Source of the DNA: Macrostomum lignano
Lineage: Eukaryota
Assembly (NCBI GenBank): GCA_002269645.1
Contig: NIVC01000061.1
Span: forward strand, 1 to 64,000
Length of the DNA: 64,000 nt
Direction: 5' to 3'
Part shown: one piece after another, positions 41,359-54,000 of the stretch
How the letters are laid out: the number at the start of each line of letters is the position of its first letter
How positions within the stretch are numbered: the stretch's first letter is position 1
Position numbers and translations under genes: made by a program
Notes under the pieces: generated by a model
The model's database searches: none
Told to the model about the DNA's origin: nothing
The model's input: the letters and a program-made list of their open reading frames with translations, nothing else

Positions 41359-43019
41359 TGAAGATGATAAAAAGTGAGATCAGATCGGACAAGCATTTAT
41401 GCGATGAGATTAAGCGGTATAAGTTTTGATTCTGATTGAATGCAAGCATGGGATAAGCCTGCATGGGATCATGGGAAGCATCGATGTCATCTTGCCCCGC
41501 CACTGCTCCGTCGCACTCCAGCTGGCCCTTTCTGCACATCATCGCCCCCACGCCGCCAATATTCGTTGACCCAATCTGCTGCGAGAATGACTGACCCCAG
41601 CAATTTCCAGTCAGAGCAAGCGGCCAAGATCTATTGACATTTTTCTCAGGTTTGAATTCTCGTGCGAACATTTTTTTGCCTTCGTATCTCTGCCCGAGTT
41701 CCTGTGTTATTTTTCCCGGAGACGGCTGCTTTTATTTGATGCCCTGTCCGCCTTTCCCGATCGCAGTACTTTAAATCATAAATTGTACATCGCTCAGTAC
41801 AACACAGACCGGTTCTGTCCATTGCGTCTCCGGCAGAAGATAACTAACTGACTTTCGTATCCGTGTACAGAAGTGCGGTTCCGCTGTAATGTAAGACATT
41901 TTTTGCTTGAAAATTACCTTTCAGTGAAGACCCCCTTCTCTGCTCAAGGCGACCAAGTCAGTGCTATATTATTCAGATTCAATGCAACTTTGGACTTTGG
42001 GACTTTCTTACTTCAGTTTAAAACGAATTTATTGAATTGAGTAGTATGTACAGCTTTTAACGGATCAATAATTCAGAGCTGATAGAAAACAGGTAACTTT
42101 TACAGGCAGCAAGCAGAATGGACGGAAGCAAAGTAGCTAGCATTAAATTAGTGTAACCATACTTTTGAACTGCAGACTAAAGAGAAACTTCTACCGGATG
42201 AGGCTGGCAAGCAAAGTGCTGGCAAAATTTCAGTTTTCCCTGCCTTCTCAATGTTTCTTTTGCCGAATCGATTTTTTTTCATGGCCAATAATAAATCTTT
42301 CTTTAAACTTTATCTAGACAGACCTGTACATCAGCCCTAAAGACACAATGCTGGCTCCATTTGCAAATTGAAGTTCAGAAACTGAGATACTCGTACATTT
42401 GGTGCATTCAGTGCTCAAACACTGACAATATCCTACTCGCTAATGCAGTTTACGGCGATAGTATGTCTGCTTGAGTTTTTCAGGAGTGCGTCGTGTGCTT
42501 TTGCCGTGGACCCACAAGTTTGAGTTCTTGAATCACATTCTCGTTTCATTCTGCGTGTGTTAATGATGTTTTGCCATAGAAATAAGCAATTCTGCACGAT
42601 TGAGCCAAGGACTTACGAGCTACTCAAATAAAAGGACGTGAAACTATAGGTATCTTGGAAAATTTTAGAAGGCAGGTTTTTACAGAAAAATACATTATGG
42701 AGATAGGAAGTTTTCATTTTTCAGCACAAAAATTGTTATTGCTTTTGATAGAAGGGAGACCCAGTGTAGGCAGACGAGAATGTGTGATCAAATGTGACAC
42801 TCCGCGGACATGCACGGCTCGTTTAGAAGCTGCACTCGCTGCCAATGAAGAAGCGAATGGATTTGCCGCTGCAGCTGCTCCGCGCGTCTTCGAGCTCTAA
42901 CTCAACGAAGTCCTGCTTTGAAGTGTCGTCGGACATTGGACCGCCGTCCGTGCAGCCCACTGGGATGAACACAAAACTGCTGGTGGCGTCTACTGGAAGC
43001 TGCAGGGAGCCGTCCGAGA

Positions 43020-43363
43020 TCACCGCAACTGAAATTCCAGATGGGGATTCTGCTGGCGTAGACATTTTCCTGAGGCAAAGACTCTGCGAAAATAGAACTT
43101 ACTAGAATGGCCTGAAGTGCCGACCTCCATGCTTGAGCTGGAGCGTCTTAGTTCCGGTTTTTCGAGTCCACAACAGCGGGTGCACAAGGAGCATCGGTGA
43201 GACTGGCTAACCGCTCTGATCCTCGCATGGGGCAGACCCAGCACCCGTTCATGGAGGTGACGCTGCCGAGCTCTCCTCCTCCAGCGGTGCACAATAGCGA
43301 TGGTGAGTGTGACAGCCAGTAGGGCAGAGGTCAAGGCCACTGTGACTACAAACACAAGCGATC
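43020..43363 (-). CDS. Probable exon encoding a single transmembrane helix and cytoplasmic tail of an unidentified gene
   Basis: TTGCAG acceptor, then FVVTVALTSALLAVTLTIAIV followed by the stop-transfer sequence HRWRRRAR; possible GTAAG donor at 43102. Upstream exons not established. Confidence 0.45.
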
Positions 43364-45008
43364 TGCAAGTTAGGAATTGAATAATAGGAACACAGAAAAC
43401 TCTTTAAAAATTTGAAATCAACTATGAGTGAGAATAGTATTGTAACTTACGCGCTAAAGTCATAGTTCTCCATGAAAAGGGAATTTTTATTGAAAAGAAT
43501 GCATTGCAGGCTAGACAGTGGCGGAGCATTTAAAGATTTTTTTACAACCGAGTCTCAATAAATAGTTGATTCAGCCAATTAGTTGTGAAATTATAGGCTG
43601 TAAACAGCACAGGAGGCGTGTGCAACCATCGTTTGAACACAGCGAATGCTCCTGGGTGCTATTTTTAGATATGCTAGGCACACAGCTGAGTCACACTCAC
43701 TCTTGTTGACGGCGAAGCACGCAGGTGAAAGAATGCCAACTCCATTTCCTGAGATTCTCAGGATTCGCTTCTACTGATAAACTATCTTTATTATTGTGCC
43801 AGCAGCTCTGTAAGCATGCTTATTTCTCACTATAGCTGACTTCAGCAGTATATGCCGCAAAAACCTGCTGAGACAGAATCTGGCTTCAAGAAAGTTTAGA
43901 GCGAGTTAAATTGGAAACAACTGGGCATTTTGATCGTTGCCGATGGAAAACAACACGGGGGAAATTATTGACACAAAGAAATCGACACGAGGTGGTGTCA
44001 GTTTTCAGCTAGAAATTGATAGTTTCTGACAGCAAATTTCTTAGTGACAGAGTTCAACAGCTGACGTATTGCTGCGTTTCACCTTTTTCTACACTGTATT
44101 GAAAGCAGAAATATGGCCCAAAGCAGATTAAGAAATTGCTGTATTTTTAGACTATCGAGTCATGATAATCAATTTACCTGATTACCCTACCAGAGTTACT
44201 TAAGACTTTACACTTATCCAACAGATGCATAGCTAAAGTAAAAGCCGTACAAGAAAAGGGAGATTGTACTTCTATCCCGCTCAGCCTGCACCAAGTCAAA
44301 AAGTGAATTCACTCGCTGTTGGAGTCTAACTCTTTCTCGAAGGCACTCGTGGCAAAATTGAGCTGTACCCCATAGCCGTAGCCTTCCAAAATCTTTTAGA
44401 ACGACAAAAATAGAATTCAACTTTGTAGCCACTGAAACCTGATCTTCAGCCGAAAGCTTCCGTTTTTTTAACTGAGCAATCAGTTTCTGCAACTGTCGGA
44501 AAATTCTTTTGGGGAAAAACCGACCTTGATTTTTTGAGAAACTTTTTGTCTATTCTTTCAAATGAAGCCGGGCATTGAATGGCCGCGGCGAAAATCTCCG
44601 AGTTTAGCGTTTTTTTTTACAACTCTTCGGATCAAATGCCCTGCGAGTGTGCAGAACCTGGGCAACAAGCATATCGATTTGATCTTGGCTGACTCTGCAG
44701 AAGAGAAAGGCGCTGTGGGGGTGGGGCTCGAGTGACGCAGGACTTCGCAGCTGACACGGATCTGATTCCACAGCTCAGCAGATTTTGCTCCAAATAAATT
44801 CCCGGCCCCGCAGAGCGACTGCGATTTCTGTGGTCCCCTTCAGAACTTCTGCTTTCAAAACTGTTGTCTTCAAAACTTTCGTTCTCAAACTGCAGGGCTG
44901 GACGCATTGGTGAGTGGTGATTGTCTTTTCTAGCGATTCCACGACTAGCACACCTAGTTTACAGAATCTTAAGCGGAACTCAACCTCGGATTGCTTTCAG
45001 ATTACAAG

Positions 45009-48000
45009 ATGCGTCTCGCACTGCTACTCCTCAGTGCTCTTCTATTTGTGACTGTCTTCTGCGAGCTTGCCGATGCTCGTCAAGGCAAAAGGTGAGCTAA
45101 AAGCTAAGGTTGATTTTGTAGATATAACCTTTTCAAGGGATTTTAGCCTAGTGGTTTACAGCGTCGGACTCACGACTTATAGGTCGGGGGTTCGAGTCCT
45201 GAACTTTGTGTCCTTGAGCAAGAAACTTAACTCTGCATCGCTTCAGTTTACCCAGCTGTAAAATGGGTGCCAGCATTAGCTGGGGTAATTGAGGGTCTTT
45301 GGATTAAACAGCCATTACACAGCCTTCAGATGCGCCGCGCAATAGCTGAGGCTGTGCTGTCGGTTGCACATCTGGCCTAATTGGGGCAGGTGTAATCAAT
45401 TGTTATTATTATTACTACTATTAGTATTATTTTTATTTTATTATCGTAGAGAAAACAGCTATCATTGCAAAAATTGTTGCCTCGGTCGTCGCGTATCAGG
45501 CAGTCACAATTTCTCGAGTTCAAATTTATAAGGGGTCACCTTTTTTATTTTTTTGTAAAAAAAGTGAAATCGAGAAAAATCGGGAAATCGCTGCCTAAGT
45601 AGCCGTTAAAACCTCGGAGAGTGAACAAGCGAACCAAATGCGCATCGTCCCATCTTGCAGCAGAAGCATGCGCAGCTACTACAAGCGCATGCGCAGCAGC
45701 ATGGTTAAGCTGAAAGGCCTGTCCTACAGTCGGACTCGCAGGGCCGCAGCCATGCGCGGCCGCAAAGCCCGGGTCAGATGGGCCCGCCGCTTGAAGGCCC
45801 GGCGAGTGCGACGAGCGGCGATTCGATATCGCGTCACTCGCGTCAGCCGGCGGATACGCAGGACCAGCTCGGTGGTGCGGCGGTCTCGAGTGACTAGCAG
45901 AGCGCGGGTCAGACGGGTCGCTAGGCGATCCAGCTACTCGCGCTGCAAGCTGGCTGCCACTCGCTTCGTCTCCTGCACCAGGCGGCTGTACACTCGCTGC
46001 CCTGCTGGCTACAAGCGCAGAGGCAACATGTGCTTCCGGGTCTACTGTCCGAAGCCGTACGTCCGTCGGGGAGCAAAGTGCGTCCGTTACAGACGCGTTG
46101 TTGCTCGCCGGATGGCCTGCCCTCGCGGCTTCACCCGCTACGGCAGCCGATGCGTCCAGCGGCTTGGACTGACCTGCAGCGCCGGCTACCGTGTCTACAA
46201 GGGCCGCTGCCACCTGGTCCGCTGTCCTGCCGGGTTCACCAAAATTGGCAACAGCTGCCGCAAGAGCTGCCGGAAAGGCTTCACTCTGAAAGGCTTCACT
46301 TGCGTCCGAATCCGGACCAGATGCCCCAAGAACTACTACCGCGTTGGTGCTCGGTGTGTGCGCTATCGCAGCGGTCGGGCAAGGTAAGAATTTACTGAAT
46401 CCATCTGGTTGCCTCTCAAAGTAAAATTTCAGTTGTTTTTAACTCTCAATACCATTGTTGCAACATTTCAGATGTCGATCTGGTTATAAGAGAAAAGGCA
46501 GCAAGTGCATTCGCATATTAAAATCTTGCCCGCGCAACTACAAGCGGCGGGGTAGGCGTTGTGTCCTTACCTGTCCTAGTGGACGGATTCCAAGGCGAAC
46601 AAGAGACGGTCGCGTTCGTTGTGTCGTTGTGGTATCCAGGTGCCCTGTTGGCTACAAGATAAAACGGATCCGAACGCGTCGTGGCTATAGGTAAGTGACA
46701 TTGTTGGGACTTTGTCGCCTCAGAAAATCTGGAACAGAAATACATCACATCTGTCTATCTACACCTAATCTAGAATCCAGTGCACAATGAACAGCGGCAG
46801 CTGCGCTAAAGGTTTCCGCAAGATCAGACGCTATAAACGCGGCTACTCCTGCGTGAGGATCGCTTGTCCAAAGAACTACGTGAAGCGCGGTAGCGCCTGC
46901 GTTTATCGCTATAAAAAGCGTCGTCGATGCCCCAGCGGCTACACTCGGATGGGATCCACGTGTCGGAGGATCCGCTGCCCCGGAGGCTATGTAAGGCGCG
47001 GCAGTCGATGCGTTTTCGTTCGGTGTCCAAGTGGCTACAGGCGAGCTGGTCGCATGTGCGTCAGGACAAGATTCGTTAAAACCTGCCCATCTGGCTGGGT
47101 GCGACACGGCAAGCTTTGCAGGCGGTTGATTTGCCCCTCTGGCTACAAAAAGGTCGGCCAGTACTGCATTAGTAAGTAGCAAACTCGACAAGACATATCT
47201 AAGCGTTACTTCTAAACCAAAACAAAGGAACTAAAGTGACTTATCTCTTACTCCTCCAGACAACTCATGTCCCTCCGGTTTTGTGAGAAGGCGACGCATG
47301 TGCGTGCGAAGTAAGTTCCATTTAACAATTGTACAACTGCAAAACTTTAGGCAGCGGGAACTGCTGCAATAACAATTAGTCATTCAATTATTCACTTTCA
47401 GCTCACTGCACAACTGGATACAAGAAGAAAGGAAAGCTATGCGTTCGTAAGCGAAAAAATCTCAACTTCGAATCTCAGAACTATGAGATTTAAATTATTC
47501 AATGCAATTTGCTTTCTACGAGTATATTCCAAAATTTTCAGGGAATTGTCCGAAAGGCACAAAGAAATCTGGACGATTCTGTGTCAGAATGAGATGCCCA
47601 AAACGTTTTCGACGAGTAGGAAAAAGTTGCGTCCGAAGTAAGCACTCATTAAATAAATTCTCGAAAGTGCTGTGAAATGCAGAGAGCATCTTAAGATACC
47701 AGCTTATGCAAAATCTGACCTTCCAGCAAAATGTCCCAGTGGTTACGCTAAGCGATATGTCCGACAGAAAGTCTACACAGGGCGCACAGTCTCCGGATCA
47801 GTGAGAAAGTGCAGCTGCATCGGAGCCAAGACTGGCAAGAAACCGTCCAAAAAGAACGCCATCGACATGGCATTCGTGGTCGACGTGACCGGCAGCATGG
47901 GATCGGTGATCCGCGCGATCAAGGCCAAGATCCGCGAGGTTATCAATGCGAACGCTAAGTCGCGCATCGTAAGTGGTTTTCAATCTAAATTTCAGAGCCC

Positions 48001-51000
48001 TAAATAAAGAAGACCAATTTTCTAACGTGGCAAACGAAACGCTACCTGGCCATTTCAGGTAAACAAATTCGTGCTTGTACCGTACGGCGATCCGAAAGTT
48101 GGTCCAGTGACGGCGACTCGTGCGCGATCTCGCAGCTCCGTGAACTCTCTCATCAGAGCAGTGAACGCAATGCGCGCATCTGGCGGAGGCGACTGCGCCG
48201 AGTTCGGCTTCTCGGGAATATACGAAGCGCTGACCAGAGTAAAGAAGAACTCAATTGTGTACGTGTTCACCGATGCGAGTCCGTCAGCTCGAGACAGACG
48301 GTGAGCAGACATGGCATGTGTAGCATGCAGTCTTTTGCTGCAATACCAAGATATCAGCGGAGAAATATTACGAATCTATGATATGGTCCTTATTAATTTT
48401 CAATCAGTACCTAAAGAATAGTCACTTCCGAATATAGTTGAGCACGAAAAAGCAATTAATAATCAGTTTATGAGTGGAAATACCTCAGATTTCATCTGAC
48501 GGGGCCCATAGATTCCCACGCAGTAGAAATTAGCCAAGAGTGCGGCAATTCTATAATGCTTCTAAGCAATTTAGTTGGCCTTTGAACAGTAGTAAGGAAC
48601 CGGCAACTCCTTCTCTTTTGTACTGCCGTGGTTGAAAGCATGTTCTTTAATTGACGCCTCTGATGTCTGGGGGGCTTTCGTTTCCTGGAACCGGGGACCC
48701 TGAAGACCCTGAAGCCCAATCGAGAGGATCAACTGCAGATCAAGGACTACTAGACTAGGAAAAGGCAACACTTGCAAATCGTGGAAAAATAGTTGAAGGC
48801 CGAACATTAAAACTGTCTCTATCTCTGAATCGATTGCATGTAGAAACATCCTGTACAATGGAGACATCCTATATTTTGGTGCGATTGGTATTTAAGTATA
48901 AGTTTAGGAAGCAAAATAAAGTAGCCAAAAATCTTCGGCGTAACATTTGTTATTACGCTCATAGTTCACTTCTAAACATTACAGAATATACTTAGCCTTG
49001 GCATATACCCAATATGACAAAGCAATGTTGGGTTTCTTTCCTATAGTTTAAGAGTAGGCCTGGTTATGAAAATTACTTATAATTTGCAGACACAAATCGC
49101 AATCAGTAAAAAATCTACGAGTAAGTTGAGCAATAAAATAGGCCTAGGCCCATTAAAATAATCTCCTATAGTCGATAAAAATAATTACAAGTAATTTAAA
49201 AATTGTAAAGGTGTATTACGCTCGTAATGTATCTGCTGATAACGAGGGAGTGTCGCAATAAAAACTGAGCCGCGAGGGCGAGGAACACAAAAACGCGTAA
49301 AAAATTAATTTGCGGTAAAACCATCTTAATTAAACCTAAGATGCCTATCAGAAATTATATTTTATATGAGAATTCTTCTAGCTTAAAGCCCAACTCTCGC
49401 TTCTAAAAACAGTCCATTTATCTAGTTCGTATCGTGTGAAAGTGAGATCCAGTGAGCTCCAAGCACTGCAAGTTGCATCAACCTTTTTTAGCAACTTGAG
49501 CTAAAAAGTCGTTTCTAACCCACAGTCCGTCCCATTCGCTGAATGTAGAGATGTTCTGAATTTTGAAGCTCTTCATGGACAGCAGGGAGAAGTTTCTCGA
49601 GGTCATGAAGCGCGTCACAAACTCGTAATTTTTGGACAATTGCGGTCTGTTACTGAGTTTTTTCCGCCAGAACTCCATCTGCAGCGCCATGATGTTGAGC
49701 TCTCTAAACAGCTTCTCGCCATTCTTCATGAACAGGTGCTCACCGGACTCGATGTCCATCTTGATGACCACATTCTTGGTGCCGATGTGCGCTCGAAGCT
49801 CGTCCGCTTTGACAGTGGTCACAGGAATCGTGTCCTCGATTAACTTCGTGACCTGCCGTTTCCAGTCAGCCAATCCGCCTGAGCCGCTTCCAGCGTTGCA
49901 ATCCATGCCGTCAGCGTCCCAACTGATCCGCTTGAGCGCCACGTCGTCACTGATGAAGCCCCAGAAAAGCTTCAGCTTGTCGTCAAGCAAGTTCAGCCGC
50001 TTCGCTGACATTTGCAGCCTGACCAGTACGCGAATGTTAGCATCGATGGCCACCACGGGATACCCGAGCTCTCTGGCTTGCAGGCTGTAGATGCTAAGGT
50101 TGCTGCCGATATCGAGGAACGTCGCAGAGTTTGTCGGAAACTTCTTTAACAGGTCGAGCATCGTATGAATTGCGCTACTTTCCCATTTATTGTATCTTAG
50201 AATTAGTCCGGAAATCATGTCCTCCTTGCCGAAGGTGACTATCGGCATTAAAGGGCCGCCCATCGCTCGGGTCACATTGGCCAGAGGAGACCCTTGTCTG
50301 ACAATGGTGTACAACTGCTGCGGTAAGTTCCTGTTCAGCTCGCACAGGGGAAACTTGCCCCTGACTAACTGGTAGGCCGGCGTCTCCTGACATAGTCGGT
50401 GCTTCAGGCTGGGGTTCGTGAAGTCGACATTGCGGAGCTCGTTGAATGGAGGACAGTTTTTTTATCATTTTGACATCGCTCAGCGTTGGCAGCGACTCTT
50501 CGGCGGTCAGGCTTTTGCTTCCAATGAGATTTAGTTTTGAAGCGGTCAATATTTTGGACCGATAGGTATAGGACTCCGAAGCGGTGAATTTTTGTTTCCG
50601 GGAGACGAAATACGTGACAGTGATTAGCGCAATCGATGCGCATGCCACAAGAAATACGTGTGTTATTCGCATTCTGTCACTTAAATTTTTTTTTGCTTTA
50701 AATTTGTTTCGAATTTCTCTATCTGCTTACGGTGATGTAGACTGTTATACAGAATTGCATTCTTCAATGTATACAATAGAGTACTGCCTGTCTATCCGAA
50801 TGTAAAAGCTTTGCTCCGTGCAGATTCTTTGAGCTCCTGTCGGACAATGCAGCGCATAACTTACCAAAGTTGTTTCGAAGGTAGACAATTGATACCACAG
50901 GTGCACATAATGAGATGTGCACCTGTGGAGGGACAGACCAATGGGGCCTCTGCTGTAAACGCATCTGACTGTCCCACCCCACCCCCCTTTCGGTTCGATT

Positions 51001-54000
51001 TTGTGCGCCGCGGCATTATTAATTTGGGGTATGTGCTCAAAAATTTGGCAGGGGGGGGGGGTTGTCGTGCCACTCACACCTACTGGGGGCCAACCCTAAG
51101 GCACAGAGCTCGTCTGGGCTACTAGAAAGTTAGGGCACTTTGTGAGAGCGTGCCTGCATACAATAACCGCGCGCTTGAATCAGACTCAGCGCTAGGTTGC
51201 CCGAAACTCTCCTGCAACTATTACTTATTGTCATAGGAATAGGCCGGGTCCAAGCGCAGGGAAGCTCGCGCGTGACAGTGGGTAGATCATTCAGTATCGG
51301 GATAATTTAGAAAAAATCAGAAATGCATAGCTCGAACTTTGGAAGCTAGAACAGCGACAAAAAATTAAACAAAAAAATTAAACGTAAAAACATACTCTCG
51401 ACAACCTGTTTTAGTTTCCACCCCGAAACCAGAAATTAACAAGTGGCAGGTTTAATCCAACTCTAGCCGTAACTCTCTACTCTCTCATCACCAGCCTAAG
51501 CTAGGGCCTTATGACGCAGGCTGCCTTTTTACTCCCGAACAGAGAGTAGTTACACAGAACATAGTAGCATACTATGATAGAGGGCACATTTACAGTCTAA
51601 AAGAAGTTCGCATGTCTTTACGATGCTACACTTATCGCATTGAATAAGTAGTATGCACTGTATGTGCGACTGCGCGTGTATGATTCGATTAAATTTATAG
51701 TACTGCATTAAACTCCACTGTCAACCCCACAAACAAATCTGGTTAAAGCAAACTGGCCCCCAAACCGGGTGTTGAGCAAAAATAACGACCCCAGAACACA
51801 GGCGAAGGGGTTGGGGTAGCCAAAAGAGGGTGGAAGTGTGCGCAAACGCCGGATACGCAAACCACCCAGTAAAATTTCTTGACTGCAGAAAGGAGAGCAA
51901 TGTCCGATCGCTGGCTCGAAAAAAGAAAGCTCAGCTGAACTTCCTCATAACCGGAAATCTGTGCGGAAGACGCAACTCGTACCGCAGTTTGTCTCGATCG
52001 ACTCGAGGCGCTTGGATCAAGATGAGCAGAACTCGGGCTAGCCGAGTGATGAGCTTCGTGAGTCGCGCTCTGAAACACGGCGCCACTGCGTTGAGAGGCT
52101 TGAACCGTGACGGTCTGTCGACGTTCGTATCGAGGCGCGAGAAGTGTAAGTGTCGTAGAGTTCCTCGAATCACGCCCAAGTACGCATATGTGAACGCGGT
52201 GAGATGCATAAGAAAATCGTCAAAGAAATGCCGCCGAGGCTATCGACTGCTGAAAGGACGGTGTGTTCGTCGTGCAGTGTCTCGAAGGTGTCCTAAAGGC
52301 TATCGTATGCAGACAACTCGACAGAAGAAGCGCGCTGGTAAGAGAGCAGTCGGCGGCTTCGTGAAGAAGTGCCGCTGTCTCCACGGCAAGCCGCCAGCCA
52401 AGGTCACGAAGCGAGCTCTTGACATGGCGTTTGTTGTCGACGTGACTGGCAGCATGAGCCGCGTCATCAGCGGAATCAAGGCCAAGATCAGAGAGGTTAT
52501 CGATGCGAACTCACGCTTCGGAGTGGTAAGCATGCAGCTTCGATTGCATTTCTTATTTTTATCGATAGTAAAGACAATTACTTATATTTGTGTCCATTGA
52601 TATTTTAGGTGGACAAATTTGTGTTGGTCCCATTCGCTGATCCAGTGGTCGGTCCTCGAGTCGTGAGTCGAGCAAACAATGCGAGATCGAGACGGCGACT
52701 GCTGAGTGCAGTGAACCGATTGAGAGCATCTGGCGGTGGCGACTGTCCTGAGCTGAGTCGCTCAGGCATGTACCAGGCAGCGTCGGTGCTGAAGCCGGGC
52801 TCTATCATGTACGTGTTCACCGACGCCAGCTCATCGAGAAAGGACAAGGTGTAAGTATTTCGCTTAGGTGTTAGATGTTGTAAGATGTAGTAAGATGTGC
52901 AGCTTGTTAGCTTGCTGTACAAAAAGACACCGAGGCATTGGGGCGTCAGTGGAATTGCAGCTATGGAGGGGAAAATTAGTTACACACAATCTGCTGACCC
53001 GTGGGCACTGACCCGTACACAAATACGTACACGGGCACGAACTCACGTGGTGTGTCCAGCGTTACTCGTCTACTTACTCGTTAGGAATGTACACGTTCGG
53101 TTGGTTGTGGATAGGCCCTCTTGAAAACCAGCTAAAACAAGCATGTGTACTAATTTTGTAAAGGAGTTTTGAATTAATGTGAAATCACACTGAACTACAG
53201 TCGCGTTTACCACTGAACTACTCTGACCCCGCTTAGCTATTGCATGTAGGAGCGTAGTAATGTTAATTATCGTTTTAAATTCATCGCTTCTCCGTAAATT
53301 CATATTAAATGTAAGTTTTTCCTTTGGTTTGTTACTCAGGAGCCAAGCAGCTTTGCAGAAACTGATCAGCAGCAGAAAAATCCAGGTGAACTTCCTCATC
53401 TCTGGAAACCTCTGCGGACGTCGCAGTTCGTACAAGAACCTCGCAAAGAAAAGCAGCGGCTCGTGGACCGCAATGAACAAACGAATGTCCAACCGAGTTC
53501 TGTCGTTCATCAGCAGCGCTTTGGCTTTCGGAGCCAGACGCATGCGACAGCTGAACCGCAGCGGTCTGGCCAGATTCGTGAGACACCGCAAACGCTGCCG
53601 CTGTACCCGAACTCGGCGCACGGTGAACACCTACAAGTACGTGACGGTGCGCAGGTGCGTGAGGCGCAGTGCTGCCCGGACTGGCGGCAGCAGTTCGAGC
53701 GGCAGTCGAGGACGTCGAAGGTGCCCGCCAGGATTCCGGACAGTTCGGTCTGGTCGGCGCGGTAGTGTCAGATGCGTGCGCAGGAGCTCCAGTGAGTATC
53801 TACAGACGATTGTACTGAGTTTAAATGTACATGATTTTGTAAATTCTTGAGTCTGAAACCCAGTCAAATTATCTGCGAAAATCTTTCACAAGTAAGGCTC
53901 AAGCTTTCCTGTCTATGACTCCTATTAATCGAAACGCTGTATAAATGCAGGCACTAAATTTATTTTGTTGCAAATTTGTGGTAGTATTTGATAAAAATTA

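Noticed and set aside
40917-41671. MGWDG/HPIPS repeat ORFs
   Set aside because: The (GGGAT)n microsatellite lies after the real stop codon at 41130.
45145-45205. tRNA-like sequence
   Set aside because: Has A and B boxes but no complete acceptor stem and runs directly into a CORE-like SINE body.
49478-50672. Horizontal transfer or retroposition of the FkbM gene; programmed frameshifting at the A7 run
   Set aside because: Being intronless is not sufficient; I saw no poly-A tail or TSD, FkbM-like genes occur in many invertebrates, and a homopolymer error is the simpler explanation for the shift.
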